A stretch of 63,995 nucleotides of DNA, the filler included, from Catajapyx aquilonaris (Eukaryota): the NCBI GenBank assembly GCA_000934665.2. It is 4 parts of 4 records of this genome, joined end to end, with 100 filler letters (N's around TTAATTAATTAA, not from the genome) between each part and the next. Parts side by side here need not be neighbours in the genome. Positions count along the whole stretch, not along the records: positions 16,036 to 32,042 come from JYFJ02007347.1; positions 32,143 to 48,122 come from KZ539674.1; 2 more parts are not named here. One strand, written 5' to 3'. Position numbers and translations under genes: made by a program. The notes below the pieces were generated by a model. It ran no database searches. It was not told the origin of the DNA and was given only the letters and a program-made list of their open reading frames with translations. This document shows, one piece after another, positions 25,501 through 39,039 of this stretch (position 1 is its first letter; each line of letters opens with the position of its first letter).

Positions 25501-28500
25501 TCTCCTCCAGTTTCCCCTTCGAACAAAGCGCCAATTTATTTAAAGAGGCCGGATTTCTCCGGCGTCAGGAGTTTGCATTTGACACCACTCCACTGCTTTC
25601 TAATTGCGAATCAGCTTTCCTCTCGACCCCTACGAGCAAAGGCACCATCTTATGGCTCGCAAAAAAATTTAAACATATATAAAAAAAGTAATGCCGTATA
25701 TATCTAGCAGTCAAATTTATCGACGAAAAAATATTTGCACATTTTTTAGCGAGTTGTTACACCAGTGGCGCATCTAATCGTCTGGGGTTGGCCCGTGCCA
25801 AAATATGCGTCGCATTCATTATCCGACGAGCGACTATGTAAACAGGGTCCGCACGTTGGCGGCGCCGGCGCTCACGTACAATATTAAATCCTCCTGTAGA
25901 TTATGATAACGAGGAAGTGTCAACCTGGTTACGAGTCGGACAAAAGTAATTTGCGTGCATGTCACGCCCGCGGGAATTATATTTAGATCGCCGTAATCAG
26001 CAGTGATCAGTAATTAAAACTAATTCCGGATTCGTTCGCTCCGGAGGCGACGCATCGCCACAGACTGTAATAATTTTCCGCGGTAATGGCGGCGTCAATT
26101 ATGCGGAAAAGACGGGCTTGGCTGTATAACCGAGAGTTATACAGTGTGCATGCTGCGAAACTATAGTTCGTTAATGTTGTAGCTGCAGTCACATTGTTTA
26201 ATTAAATAGAAAATGGAAAATCCAACGCGCTCCCCCAATAATCATTCTAATTCTGGTCTTGTCAAAGAGAGAACAATGGCGTCAAAAGTACGGAGAATGG
26301 ATGCATTGCTATTAGTTTGTCTCGGTTCAGATCGCGTGTATTCGTTTGTAGCAATATTACTAATTAAGACACTAATGAGCACAGGCAGGCCAGTGCAGTT
26401 ATAAGAGAGAATGCAGGTAATAAATATTACACAACATATATTGCTCCAGCATCAAACGGAATTAATTTTCATACGCTACCGGTATACCACGTAAGTTTAG
26501 GTTATTATCTGCGAATAAATTGACATACTGCGTGCAGTAATGCAAAATAAAAATTCCACCGCCAAAAAAACACGTGTGTGATATTTGCATAAAATAATAA
26601 CCGCGGAGCAGTGTACAGTATTGATCCTACAAACTATGTTGAAATAAAAATTTAGCGTCACATTCAGGAATTTTGCACTTTTGTGTACTGGAAGCGCGGG
26701 ATAAAAAACGCCACAATTTTATTTATCCGCATTATGGCAGCAGAATATCGAGAGAGAAACAAGGCGAGGGGGGGGGTTAGCCAGAGAGCAGAACCCCAAT
26801 TTTGCAGTGCTTTCCCATCGCAGCAGCCGCCGCGCCGCCACGTCCACAACTTTGTAATTAAATTTACCCTCGTTTATTTCCTTTTCATAATCAATTATCC
26901 TGGATAAACAAACAGAATCGAACAGATTGCTTCACCGAAAGGGCGTAATTGATTGTTGCTTGATTCATGATGCGTCCAACCTCCCATGCTAACGACCATG
27001 TTTGGGGATAAATATAATGGACCAGTGATCCAATTTTCAGGAACGCCAATACCTTCATACTATAAGCCATCATAGAAAACATTTTAACTAACATGTACAA
27101 AGTGTTTCATGCACATTCCTGGTGCACCCTTTTATGAGTTCAAATTGTAACAATTATTATTAAAGAATGTGCGAACCTTGAGGAGCACCCTGTGTGTATA
27201 TCGGTCGGCTCCAGCAGGATGACAGATAGCAAGGGAACCCTTAGACACACAACTCCCCAGCAGCGGCACCTCGGTGCCAACGACCCGATAAAACGAAGGG
27301 CAAGTAGTCGATTCCCCAAACTTCCTCCAATATCTAAAGGGCCGGGTCCATCGGGGGATTTATGGTCCCGGCATGGACCCCGATAGCCGTCAATGCCTAA
27401 GAGATTGCAAGCTTTTCCCTCCCTTTCCTTTCCCAGAGCATCTCGCTTTTGTCCACCGATCTCGCCAAAAAAAAAGGGCAGAAGGTCATTGGAAAAGGGT
27501 TTACATGGTATTCCCTAGAATTCCATGTGTACGAAACGATCGTTGGATCATTTTATTCACTCATAACAGTGTATCCAGGGAGTAAAATAGTCGGATTGAG
27601 CTCAATGTTATCAGGTAACGAAATCCTGGTCCTTGAACACTGTGGGCTGTACATTATTACAAGGAGATAAGACTATCTTGAGATGAATATGCAGCAAGAG
27701 CTACAGGAGAAACCGCTTCCGGTTTCCAATTTCCCTTCAGTGTTTGCCTATCCAGTAAAGCAACAAAGGCTTCAGTGTTGCACACTACATGAGGTGCTTC
27801 ATATTTACATGGCTATCGGAAACTGAAAACCAGGAATTTCCCCTACTCTAATGCAAGATTCATACGTGCAATATTCTGATAAACAAATCGTTTCTGCATA
27901 AATAGAGCAACCGTGTTACTGATGGTAAAAATAATAATTGGTGACAATAATCGCAAAAATGATTGCCCTTTTGACGCTTCCAACACGATTTTCGTTCGTT
28001 GGACATGACAAGACTGAATCAATTCCGGGTCCCGAAATGATGGCCCAGTTTTGTCCTCGCCCAGAAATTACGTCTCCAATTGCGTATGAAAACAGGCTGT
28101 GAACCCGGGCCCAAACATAATCGAAAATTTGCAATTTATGGAGATGAGTACAGATGCACCAACAGACACGGAACGCTGCGTTTTCCATTTCGATCGCACA
28201 CAAGTAAATCACACGGCCACAAAGTGGAAAGGCATGTCATTGCAGGCTCCCAGGATCGATCCGGATTGACGCAAAGTCGCAATTACCTGAAAGCGTCACT
28301 ACTGTCTGTCTCTCTCTCTCTAACAAAAAAAATGAATGAGAGGTAAGGCCCGCCATCTTGCAAGCCCGTAAGGCAGGAGGTTCATAATTCAGAAAACAAT
28401 GAGGCGGTTGGAAAGTGAAACATCAGAATAATTTGCTCCTGGCTGGAATTTGCCGCCTGGGCAGAGCCCTGGAGTTACCTCTATATACCCCCCCTCATGA

Positions 28501-31500
28501 CTCTCCATACCCCCCCCCTCCTCCTCCTCTTTTCCAGTATGCAAATGACTCGCGTCAGAAGGATAAAGAGAGATTCCTATAGTTTGGTGCAGCTCCGGCC
28601 ATAAATTCCCAAAGACCTCGTCAAAAGCTGCAATCTCCAAAATTATAGCCGACGCGCCCTTTTTGGTGGTATGGGGGAGTTGGGGGGAGGAAGGCGGGGG
28701 AGGAGTTGAGCCGGTTTGAAAATGCCCCTTCCGCGTTACCTTACTGGTGTTACCATTGCTCGTTTATACCTCCAATCTCCCTCCCTTTTTCGAAGTGGAA
28801 GAAGGAAAAAAAAATCTCTTTGGATTCTTCTCCAGCTTCCTCCCTATTTAAATTCCCTAGAAAACATTCGGTTCCTTTGGCAATTCCGCCACCAACAGTC
28901 GTGCGTAATGGAAGAGCATTTCTAACGATGCATAAGCCTCTCTCTTCCTCTTCCTTTTTTAGGAGGGAGCGTACAGGGTGTTAGTACTAACTCCTACAGT
29001 TTAAAAAAAGGCAGAATATACAAAAAATGGCATGACGTTTCTGTAATGAGAGCAGCAATTAACAATATCAACAACAACGAAGCTAAATATCAATATGCTC
29101 ATTTTTGGCAGACAAGTAGAGGAAAGAGGTGAAGCTTTGCTGCGACTACTATAACTAATAGGAAAACCATCCGGGACTAAAAACATCTCAGGTCATACAC
29201 CCCCCCCCCNTTTCCAACAAATTTCCATCGCCTCTGGCCATCATATGGATTCTTGAGAACGGCTGAAAAAAAAATCAGGCTCGGTTCCTTTTGCTATCAC
29301 CCTACATGAGCTTTATGCAAGCGCAGATATATATCTCTCTCCCTTTTTGTGCTGCTCTTCCAAAAATTGCGAAGAATTCCTTTTCCAGGCTTATGTTTCT
29401 CCTTCATTCCTAACCCAAAGCTACTTTTTTAGTCTGAAACTAGGCGTCGCCCGTCCCAAGAGAGAGCTCGTTCGCCAAATCCATAAGCCGATTTCAAAGA
29501 GTTGGACTTAGATTCCTGATTGGCGAAAGCTTGCCTCTCACTGTATACGTCTTCTCTCTTTCTTCTCTCTTTTTAGCTCTTTTCTGAATCTCCTCCCAAA
29601 AAATACATAAGCGAAGACCAGCTTCGAGAAGTGCAGTTGCAAGAGTGAATTTGCAGAATTTTGCAAGAGCTATCCGAAAAAAATAAGGTTGAACGAAACG
29701 GCTCAAAAATTGCATTTTGCAGCTGAGTAAACTTTCGAGCCCGACTAAGTGAGGACAGGTGTTTTATGGCAATAACCCAAGTCAAAATGACCATTTGCAT
29801 ATTCATAAATACTGGGGAGGGGTCCGTTTCTCGCTTCCTCCGACAACGTCTAGTGTTTTAAGACGCCCGTAAAACCGTAAACAGCTACAAAGTCCCTCAG
29901 GCGTAAATTTGCAGCATAAATGGCAGTAAGGTTTTAAAAGTTTCCGGCATCAGCAAATTACTATTTTAATCACTGTACTTCCTACAGTACCATATTTGTG
30001 TATAGGAATCGGGTCTTATTTCGGCTGACATTTGGTGCACACAAAACGATTCATGTGTCTCCCATCTGATACAGCTGTAATCTGGGCCCGTTTTACACCC
30101 TCCCCGTTATGCATGCCATATTAACTTATTCATGGGATCATATAATGGAAAATTATAATGCATGACAGACCTGTGAGGCCCCCAAAACGCGATTACCATC
30201 TATTCGGCTGCCATATGCTGACCTATATTAATACGTAGATAATTGGCTTTCAAACGACGAGTCCCTTTATTAAAATATTGATACCCCCACGACCCAGAGT
30301 CACACACGTACCAACAATCGAAAAAAAAAATAGAGAGGGGGCTGAAAACCTTCCTCACCTGATTATCGCCACAACTCTCGTTAAATAAGCTTATTCCCAT
30401 CGCGTTATTTAGAATCAACCGCTCGGGAAATTGCAGCGTGCCAATCATGACCGGGTTAACAGCGTCAGCAATTTCACGAATGGTCGCTCATAAAAATAAT
30501 GATTCTGGCCCAGGGGTTGACGGGTTGTGTTCAGGGAGGGGAGAGAAAGAGAGGGCAGGGGGATATGGGGGGATACACACACACACAGGGGGGGAACGAG
30601 AGGGTTTCTTTGAGCTGGATTTTCTTTGCAATTAGTGGAAGTAGCAAGGTCGAAGCTGATGCTTCCCAAATTGGGCCAATTCCAAGTCGCACCTGACATC
30701 ATGCTCGCCTTGCTAAAATACCGGCCGAAAAAGGGGCTTACTACGTACACTGAGATAATGGTTCAGACAAAACTGAATGGTATGTTCAGGTGTTAGAAAA
30801 GACCAGGTAACCACAAAACTTACGTATAAGAAAATCCTTCATCGGGTACTGTAGTTGACCCGCGTTACATAACCGCGTATGACGCATCTCAGACAACAAT
30901 ATGTTGATCCAGCAAGAACCCAACCCCTAGGATTTAATGAAAGTCGACAAGTGGTCTTCCATCTTCATATCGAGTTAAGGAGGGGCGTTGTTGAAAGGCC
31001 CAAGAGGCATGGCGGGGAGCGGGGAGGGAACCAAACAACTCTCATTACCAGGGGCCTGATTGCCATTCCTGCGACGACGCCGACGACGCTCCCCAGCCTC
31101 CTCCATCTCCTCCTTTCCCCCCTATAGCACGCTTTTGCCGCACCGCAAACTCAACCCTTGGGATCCATCCGTGGGACCCAAGGTGCCAGCTTGGGAACCA
31201 GGACCCGCACTCTCCCTCTTACTAGACCCCCCCNCTTCTGCTTTTAACGCTATGGATTGCTCGTTCTCACTCGAATCCTAAGGAGTGCGTTTTCCTTTGC
31301 TGCTTTAAAAGCTCCCGGTCGATATGGTTATCTCGGACTCCATTTTTAATGGAGTTGGGTACGTGTCGAATAAACGGACCAAATGCGCCCTGTGGCTCCC
31401 TCGGCGACTCCGGGTTGAAATATAACCCGGATTACTGCAACACTCGTGTGACCAGAGGCGCGGGCTTTGTGAAGCTACAAAACTACAGGGTGGCTCACTG

Positions 31501-32042
31501 CATAATTCTGGAAGAAATTACGCCCGACTTCTTCCAAAAACAATGCGCAAACAACAACAACAAGCGCACTAAACAGCTGGGGATAAACAACCATCAACCA
31601 TTTCACCTAAAGTCCTAAACCATTATCCTATTATTGAAGTTTAGACTTGAAATGTGTACCGCCCTGTACACGAGGCCAGTTAAGCTAGTGAGGTTCATTG
31701 ATACAAATGTTGCGGTGAGCCGTAATATTTATTATTTTTTAAATCCAAAAGAGGGCCGAGTCTGGTGTACTTGCATTGTTGCATAAAGGCGCAAATTTAT
31801 TAAGGTGATAATGTGCTTTGAGAGGTGTGGTATGCGGTATTCATAATTTAATAGTGCATGTGCAATGTCAAAAGAAATATCACAGAGAGTGGCAATGGAG
31901 GTTCTCGCAGTGTGTTGGAATATTAGGCTGCATAGTGAACTATGGGGATTACTGGTTTCGGTAAGGCTAAATAATGTGGGCGTAAAATAATAATGCGTAG
32001 AGTGAAATTATTCATATCCCTAGGCCTCTGGTTAAATTTTTT

Positions 32043-32142
32043 NNNNNNNNNNNNNNNNNNNNNNNNNNNNNNNNNNNNNNNNNNNNTTAATTAATTAANN
32101 NNNNNNNNNNNNNNNNNNNNNNNNNNNNNNNNNNNNNNNNNN
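32043..32142. other. Artificial contig spacer
   Basis: 44 N + TTAATTAATTAA + 44 N. Confidence 0.97.
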
Positions 32143-32420
32143 GTGACCTGGAAGAGGGGGCTGCGGGGGAACTGGGAGGTCGGGGGGGAAAGATACGGTC
32201 AGGGGAGAATGGGTGGTCAGGGGGTAGGGGGTGGGTGGGGGAAGGGACGGTGGGGGGGAGGGATCAGCCAGGGGGAAGGGGCGGTGCAGGTGACTTGTGC
32301 GGATAGAGTGAACCCGGAACCGGAAAATCGGAAAAAGTCATAAGTTATAGCACGGCACTGTCTGTCTGATACCTTTCCACAGACAGACAGACAGACAGAC
32401 AGAGCTGCTGTATAAGACTT
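32143..32420 (+). mobile_element. End of a Helentron/DINE-like non-autonomous element
   Basis: (CAGA)n microsatellite at ~32378-32402, then gctgctgtataagac and a T run, an architecture typical of HINE/DINE-1-like ends. Confidence 0.4.
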
Positions 32421-32679
32421 TTTTCTCGAAAAAGTCAAACTGTTTAAAACGCTGACCAGGTTGGCAACATCGCATAACTCGTGACCTAAGGGGCCGATTA
32501 GTTGCCGCCAACTCTCAAAATTGCTCTTATAGGCCTAGGGAACATGTGTGCCAAGTGCGTTACACTTAGAGAGATTCATTATGCCGACAAACATTATCAG
32601 ACCACGAACACGGGCGGTAATATGCGACACACCTCTACGTATTTAGAACACCGCATCATGTGCCACTGGGTCGGGATGC

Positions 32680-33490
32680 TTAAACGCACCCAGCCCAAGT
32701 GCACGTGGGACGAAACTCACCCGGCCCAAACGCACCCTGGAATGAATGCACTCGGCCCCTACCGCATTCAGCCCAAGTGCACCTGTCCCAATGTCCCCCA
32801 GCCCAAAGTCTCCCAGCCTAGCCGCACTTCGGCCCGGCCGCATATGAGCTTTGCTTCACCCGGCCTAATCGCACTCGGACTTTGCCGCACCCAGCCCAGG
32901 AGCATCTGCTCCAAGGTCCCCCAGCCCAAAGTCTCCCAGCCTAGCCGCACTTCGGCCCGGCCGTATAGGAGCTTTGCTTCACCCGGCAATCCCAGCGATT
33001 TCGTCGTCTTTTCTTACGTGAAGATAGGGCTGTATCCGCTGACGATAGGCCTGTATCCGCTGAAGATAGGCCTGTATACGCTGAGGATAGGGCTGTATCC
33101 GCAACAAGTGAAGGTTAGGTTTGGTTAGGTTGGGTTAGTACATCGTACTAAGCATACTAAGAATACTAAGCAAAGCTTCGGTGCGGCTGGGCTGGGAGAA
33201 TTTGGGCTGGGGGATCTTGGGGCAGGTGCGTTTGGGCTGGGTGCGGCAAAGTCCGGTCGCGTTCGTTACCGAGTGCCGCTTGGCCTGGGTGCGTTTAGGC
33301 TGGGTGTACTTGGGCCGAGTGCGGCCAAGACCGGGTGTCTCTGTTCCCATATGCTCCTGGGCTGAGTGCGATTAGGGCTGGTGCGATCGTTACGGGGTGT
33401 GCTTGCGCTGGTGCGCTTGGGCCAGGTGTTTTATTTCTCAGGTGAACTTGGGCTGGGTGTATTATGTCTCGTTTGCGCTTGGGCTGTGTG
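32680..33490. repeat. Fold-back MITE-like element built from gcacccagcccaag motifs
   Basis: Left arm (with a ~123-bp internal duplication) is inverted against 33175-33490. The core has four 21-bp gataggcctgtatccgctga units and ggttagg repeats. Confidence 0.65.
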
Positions 33491-34953
33491 TGGATAGGCA
33501 CCCCACCCCGGTTAGGCCTACGGTCCTGCCACTGGACCGAAGAAATCGGGAACCCAGCAGTGTACCTAGATTCCCTGCGCTTCCTTTCATACGATATTCC
33601 ATGGAACGTAAAACCGCGCTGTGTTCGGGGTATGTAGCAGGTGGGGAGTGTACTACTGCCGCTCATTGTACGGCCCCTGCTTGAGTTGCGAGCGTCGAAC
33701 CACCTGGTATCGGTTCAGTGTCGCCGGAACTATGTTTCCTGCACTCTATTTTGCGAATCATAATTGCGAGTTTCGTGCATCATAAATTTGATTTTCGCTC
33801 AACATAGTGTGGTTTNGGGGGGGGCAACTGTCGCTTGCCATTCCGTCGTCGTTCAACTCGCGGGGGTCGGACCACGTGGTATGTCGACAGTTTCGGAAAA
33901 TCTTTCAGTGGATACCAATACCACGCATGTGCGATCCGTATTTTCGTTATTATGGCCTTCGTTCAATAAGGCCGAGATTCGCAAATCTTGAAAATGCAAC
34001 ATAGCGCGGTTTTGATTTCCACGGTTCAATGACTTTTTACTGCAAAAAAGCGCACAAGGGCCTACAAATCACTCTCCTGGCATGTTCCAATCTTCTTTTA
34101 AGATATAATGCTATAATTATTTGCTTACAATTTTATCATTAACATTAGGCAAGTTCCCATACTATAATTCAATTGTACAAGTATGTACTTGAAGGTATAA
34201 ACAAAATTTTAAAAACAATTTAATCATTTGACACGACATTGCTGCATCCCTTCAAATTTTGTCTCTAGTTTTCACGTCACTCTCCTGCCTCAAGGATTTT
34301 TTAAAAATTGCAGCAAAACCATGTGATTTTTACTCGGTTATCTGGCAACACTGATTCTCTCAGCCACCTTGATTTAACTGCAGATTTATGTGCAAGAGGT
34401 ACGTCTCCTAGTATGGTTAAAATATAAGAGGTCTTAAATTGAGTTACTGTATGTAGCGCATTTTGCGCTCACCAGTATCTATACCACATAATAACTCAAA
34501 TATTTTGAAATAACTGTGATTCCATGGCATTAGGTGACGTCATCACATGACAGAAATTCCCAGAGACAATGTTTGTTCTGGACCGTGATATTAGGCCTAA
34601 TACATCCAAAAGTCACTCTCCTGGCTCTCACACTCATGGCAATAATATGCACTCTCCTGGAATTGTGTGTCCAGGCCATTACCGGGGTCATTAGCCGGGG
34701 TCAAGTGTCGTTACTTAGACCAGGGTACAGCCTAAACGATGCGTCGTAGAGGGTCATACAATGCGTCATTAGAACCGCAATGTTCCCAGGAGGTGCCCTT
34801 CTGCCTACCTTCTTTTGAGAAAAACCTTTACTTTTTGAGTTACGTGGCGATTTCGATAGTGTCAGTTTTGTGACTCTCGCTCTCTTTCTGCACCACAGAA
34901 AAACCCACCATGACCCATGTACTCGTCTGAGAGTCGATGCTGAGAGGCTCTAA

Positions 34954-35109
34954 CCCTGTAATGCCCCTTGGGTCATATCTGGCACACCATTAAGTGCAAT
35001 TTGACACACTTACAGAAAATATAAAAATTGCAAAAGTTGCAAAAATTGCACTAAATGGTGTGCCAGATATGACCCAGTGGACATTACTTAGATTAGTGGC
35101 ATTACAGGG
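34954..35109. mobile_element. piggyBac-type MITE
   Basis: ctaa|CCCTGTAATGCC...GGCATTACAGGG|ttaa, plus internal inverted gggtcatatctggcacaccatt. Confidence 0.75.
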
Positions 35110-35178
35110 TTAATAATAATTAAAATACCTCAAATATCTTTACATTACTTTATTCTGATGATGAAAAGAATTAAATAA

Positions 35179-35526
35179 AAATAGACAGTAAAACTGCCGA
35201 AAACTATTCTTCCTCTGGGTGAGATTAAAAGTAAGAAACAAGTCCATAGGTGGGGGTTGGTTCGTGTCATGGGGATGTGTGATAATTAAATTTAATTCAA
35301 AACATTCGTGCTTTGGGGCTGGGAAGAATTAGGCAGAGTATGAGAGTCGGAGGAGTACATAAAAGCGATATCTGCCTAATTCTTCCCAGCCCCAAAGCAC
35401 GAATGTTTTGAATTAAATTTGATTATCACACATCCCTATGACACGAACCAACCCCCACCTATGGACTTGTTTCTTACTTTTCTCACCCAGAGGAAGAATA
35501 GTTTTCGGCAGTTTTACTGCCTATTT
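35179..35526. repeat. Near-perfect fold-back element (~158-bp arms, 33-nt loop)
   Basis: 35179-35337 is the reverse complement of 35371-35526, with a few mismatches and one small indel. Confidence 0.9.
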
Positions 35527-36198
35527 AAAAAAAATTAAACTCAGTTTCAGCGTCAAATATCTTCTGTGGGACACAGGCTTACTATTATGTGCACAACTGT
35601 ACAGCACCGTAAAGATTCATTAAATCACATGAGCAGAGAGCAAATATAGCAAACAAGCATTTATATGCATCAGAGAATGTGCATATTGTATGTATACTTA
35701 CAGCGCAGACAGTTAAACATTATTTTAAACATGTTTGATATTTAAGATGGTTAAATAACTTCTTATGTCTGGCTTGCTAGGGCATAACTGCATGATCCAT
35801 CGAAATCAGAGAAGCTGAATTCGCAACAATAATTCCAATATATTATCTGTTTGCGTCATGTGATTTTTAAAATTTCTCCAGTGCCACTTCCTGCGACCTT
35901 TGAACCCTTAGTGACATACATAAGAAGTCCTGTGCCTCTAGAACAAGACTTGAGATGGTTTTCAGCAGGAATAAAGTACAGAGGGGATTCCCCTGCCACC
36001 CGAAGTAGGCGTGGCGGCGCGCATGCCTTTCTTCGAGAATTTTATTCTCGAAAATAGAATTTTTCACCCGCGCTTTTATTCCACCAATCGATAGAGGAAT
36101 ATCTCCTGTACTTTAGGTATATTTTGGAAAAATTCCCCGGGGCGTCCCACACGACTTTATTTTGAAAAACATATTTCGACCCTTAGCTAATTCAGCAG

Positions 36199-36300
36199 CC
36201 CTAGTATCTCGGCAGCAGCCCTAGTATCTCGGAAGCCTTCCCTAGTATGTCGGCAGCTGCCCTAGTATCTCGGCAGCCTTCCCTAGTTTCCTGGTAGCTT
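36199..36300. repeat. Minisatellite, ~20-21 bp x 5
   Basis: ccctagtatctcggcagc(ag/cttc) units. Confidence 0.8.
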
Positions 36301-36686
36301 CCGTGATATCAGGGCAGCAGGCAGTGGGCAGTAGCCGACCGGGCTTCCGTACCCTTGGCTCCTAGCTGGCAGATTAGCCAGGAATGAGGTCCAAGTTTGG
36401 AAAATGGGAAATTCCATTGCAAGTGTCATATGTTCGGGATTTTTTTCTCGGAAACTTACAGACACACTTACAGAAATCTTTTCACAAAATGGTAGGTAAT
36501 AGTTCACTCTCATATTGTATTAAATATGAAGTTCGTAGCTTTCGTCAGGTTGTTCGAGGTCAAAGGCCAAAAAATTGACCTCATAAATACATTGTATAAA
36601 TATTTTTTCAAATATCTTCGTGCTTGCATTATGAATGCCAGGACTATTATGATTCGTTTGGCATATGAAACCTCGCGATAAAACTA

Positions 36687-36866
36687 CAGTAAAACTTCTA
36701 TAAGTCGAACTTCCCTAAGTCGAAGTTGTCTGTAAGTCTAAGAAAATCTTGAGCTTGGTTGGTCACAATGTAAAATAATAGGAAATAAACTTCTCTAACT
36801 CGAATCTTCTATAACTAGAAGTTTTTTTCCGGTCCCATGGAGATTCGACTTATAGAAGTTTTACTG
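36687..36866. mobile_element. pogo/Tigger-type MITE
   Basis: TA|CAGTAAAACTTCTATAAGTCGAA...TTCGACTTATAGAAGTTTTACTG|TA. Confidence 0.88.
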
Positions 36867-37269
36867 TAATAGTTACCGAGCAGTGAAAAGAAATATAGTG
36901 GCAATATGTTTTACTTCGAATGATTTTTTGACCTTGATATCCGTTAATTCTAGGGACCAGAAAATCAGGCATTACTCTACTTTGGTACCAGCATGCATGT
37001 ATACCAATTTCAGTCGAATAAAAAAATGTGGGGTGGCATGCTTTTGTTGGATTCACATGGACTTACGTGAGGAGAAAATAATAATCACCTTTTTGTTTTC
37101 TGCTCATAGGTCAAGGAAATTTGGATTCGGTTTTATTTTAAATTTACTAACCTTGGCTCATTTCTATCCAGGCCCTCAAAATATTGAGCTGACTACGATT
37201 TGACCAGTGTTTGAGGGGATCCCTCCAGAAGTCTCAGCTGTTGCAATGATTGGGCTCTTGAATATAATG

Positions 37270-37626
37270 TAGTGTTGGACATTAATCGCGTCATACTGCT
37301 AGCGAAAATGCGACATTTTCCGAAGCGGCAGACTCTAACAGAGTTTTATTCGGCGATATATAGCCTATAGAAATGCCCTCCACCCATTCCTACAAGTATA
37401 ACAAGAACTATAAAATTTAAAATGTTTGGTCCTCCATCTCAGTCCCAGCACTCGTCCGGCCCACAGCGCCAGGCTCCGAACCACCAGCCCGTTCCTCTTC
37501 CGAAGAGGCAGAAGAACGAATCTTGCCCGCACGGCTTGCACTATGACTAACCCTTGCTTAAATTCCTTTTTTTTGCCTCTTCGGAAAATGTCGCTGGCAG
37601 TATGACGCGATTAATGTCCAACACTG
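37270..37626. mobile_element. Tc1/mariner-type MITE
   Basis: TIR agtgttggacattaatcgcgtcatactgc / gcagtatgacgcgattaatgtccaacactg followed by TA. Confidence 0.75.
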
Positions 37627-37644
37627 TACAGTATAGGACACCTA

Positions 37645-38075
37645 CGAGGGGCGGTCATAAAGTTCTTACAATCACCACGAAAGACTGCGGACAGCGGCGA
37701 ATTTTTGCTGCTGGGGCGTAAGCACGTTTCTCTAATATGCGCAGGCGCAGAGAATCGCACTCTGTTGTTTTCTAGTCCACCGCCAGAGCAGGGAATTCAA
37801 GATGGCGCATGCCGCAGGAAAAGTCGAGCTGCGTGGTGTGATTATATTTTTATTTTTGAAGGGGAAGAATGCCAAAGAAATCCATGCAGAGTTGGTGGAT
37901 GTGTAGGGGGACAATGCCCTATCCTATGAGACAGTCGCCAAGTGGCAGTGATGTTTCAATTGTGGCCAGACAAGCCTGGAAGACGACACCTGCAGTGGGC
38001 ATCCCTCCGTCAGTGACGAGTCACAAATCGAGGCCCTGGTCATGGAAGACCGCCGCATCACAGTCGAACAGATAT
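37645..38075 (+). pseudogene. 5' fragment of a mariner element with a decayed transposase HTH region
   Basis: TA|CGAGGGGCGGTC terminus; KVELRGVIIFLFLKGKNAKEIHAELVDV*GDNALSYETVAKWQ*CFNCGQTSLEDDTCSGHP...VMEDRRITVEQI. Confidence 0.88.
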
Positions 38076-38391
38076 TCCCGATATAATAAGAAAAATAAGA
38101 AGGAAATAAAAAAGCAGGCACGACCGACAGTGACAGGCACATTTCCTAGATATTATAGATGTTCTGAATAAGAGTTAGAGCCATATAAACAGGGGAAGTA
38201 AGTAATAACTTCACAATGGTCATAAAGAGCGACAGAGTCTTCACAAGTTCGACCGTTTGCAGGACAATCATTTTACACAAAGAAAACCGATTGCAAGAGG
38301 GTGTCATTTCCTACAGAACAGAGAATATTTCCCTCTTTTCTACAACACTAGTTATGTATATAGGCATATGAAAAGTTTTTCTGTCCCCCAG

Positions 38392-38597
38392 TTATCCAAT
38401 ACGGCTTCGTGACGCTGTTCGTGGCAGCCTTCCCTTTGGCACCCTTATTTGCACTGCTCAACAACATCATCGAGATCCGCCTCGACGCCTACAAAATGGT
38501 GACGCAGCTTCGGCGCCCATTGGCCGAGAGGGTCGAGGACATTGGAGCATGGTATGGTATCCTGCAGGGAATCACGTACACCGCCGTGGTCACTAAT
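38392..38597 (+). CDS. Anoctamin/TMEM16 family protein, internal exon
   Basis: ag|..[34 protein letters not shown]...RRP..EDIGAW..|gtaagt, with canonical anoctamin transmembrane and Ca-site motifs. Confidence 0.96.
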
Positions 38598-38655
38598 GTA
38601 AGTTTTGATCACAATTATTGTTGTGGCATAAAACATGGTTGTTACATGATCACAG

Positions 38656-38761
38656 GCCTTTGTCATCGCGTACACGAGTGACTTCATCCCAAGAATGGTA
38701 TATAAATACGTGTACTCAGCGAATCACGACTTCGCCGGATACATCGAATCATCTCTAGCCG
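38656..38761 (+). CDS. Anoctamin exon
   Basis: cacag|[21 protein letters not shown]...GYIESSLA|gtaagt after a 58-bp intron; phases consistent. Confidence 0.95.
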
Positions 38762-38826
38762 GTAAGTGAATGGCGGCATCCTTCACGCTTATCAAGCTAT
38801 CGAGTATACATGAGCATTTCCCACAG

Positions 38827-39008
38827 TGTTCGATACGGCCAACTACACTGAAGACATGAGACCCAAGCTGGACCCGGGGGAAGTGGACCCCGGGGAATGC
38901 CGGTACAGAGGATACCGAAACGATCCAAATATGACTGACCCTTACGAATACTCAGATCAGTATTGGCACGTGTTTGCAGCACGGTTGAGTCTCGTAGTTG
39001 TCTTTGAG
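38827..39008 (+). CDS. Anoctamin exon
   Basis: cacag|VFDT...CRYRGYR...YWHVFAARLSLVVVFE|gtgagt after a 65-bp intron. Confidence 0.95.
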
Positions 39009-39039
39009 GTGAGTACGTGGTACTATAGTAGGCCTAAAA

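Noticed and set aside
32502..33684. Long P/Q-rich and G/W-rich ORFs
   Set aside because: They arise from the repeated motifs of a fold-back element.
36199..36300. CRISPR-like short repeats (also 15424-15836, 33022-33101, 48223-48520)
   Set aside because: Head-to-tail repeats without unique spacers, no cas genes, eukaryotic context.
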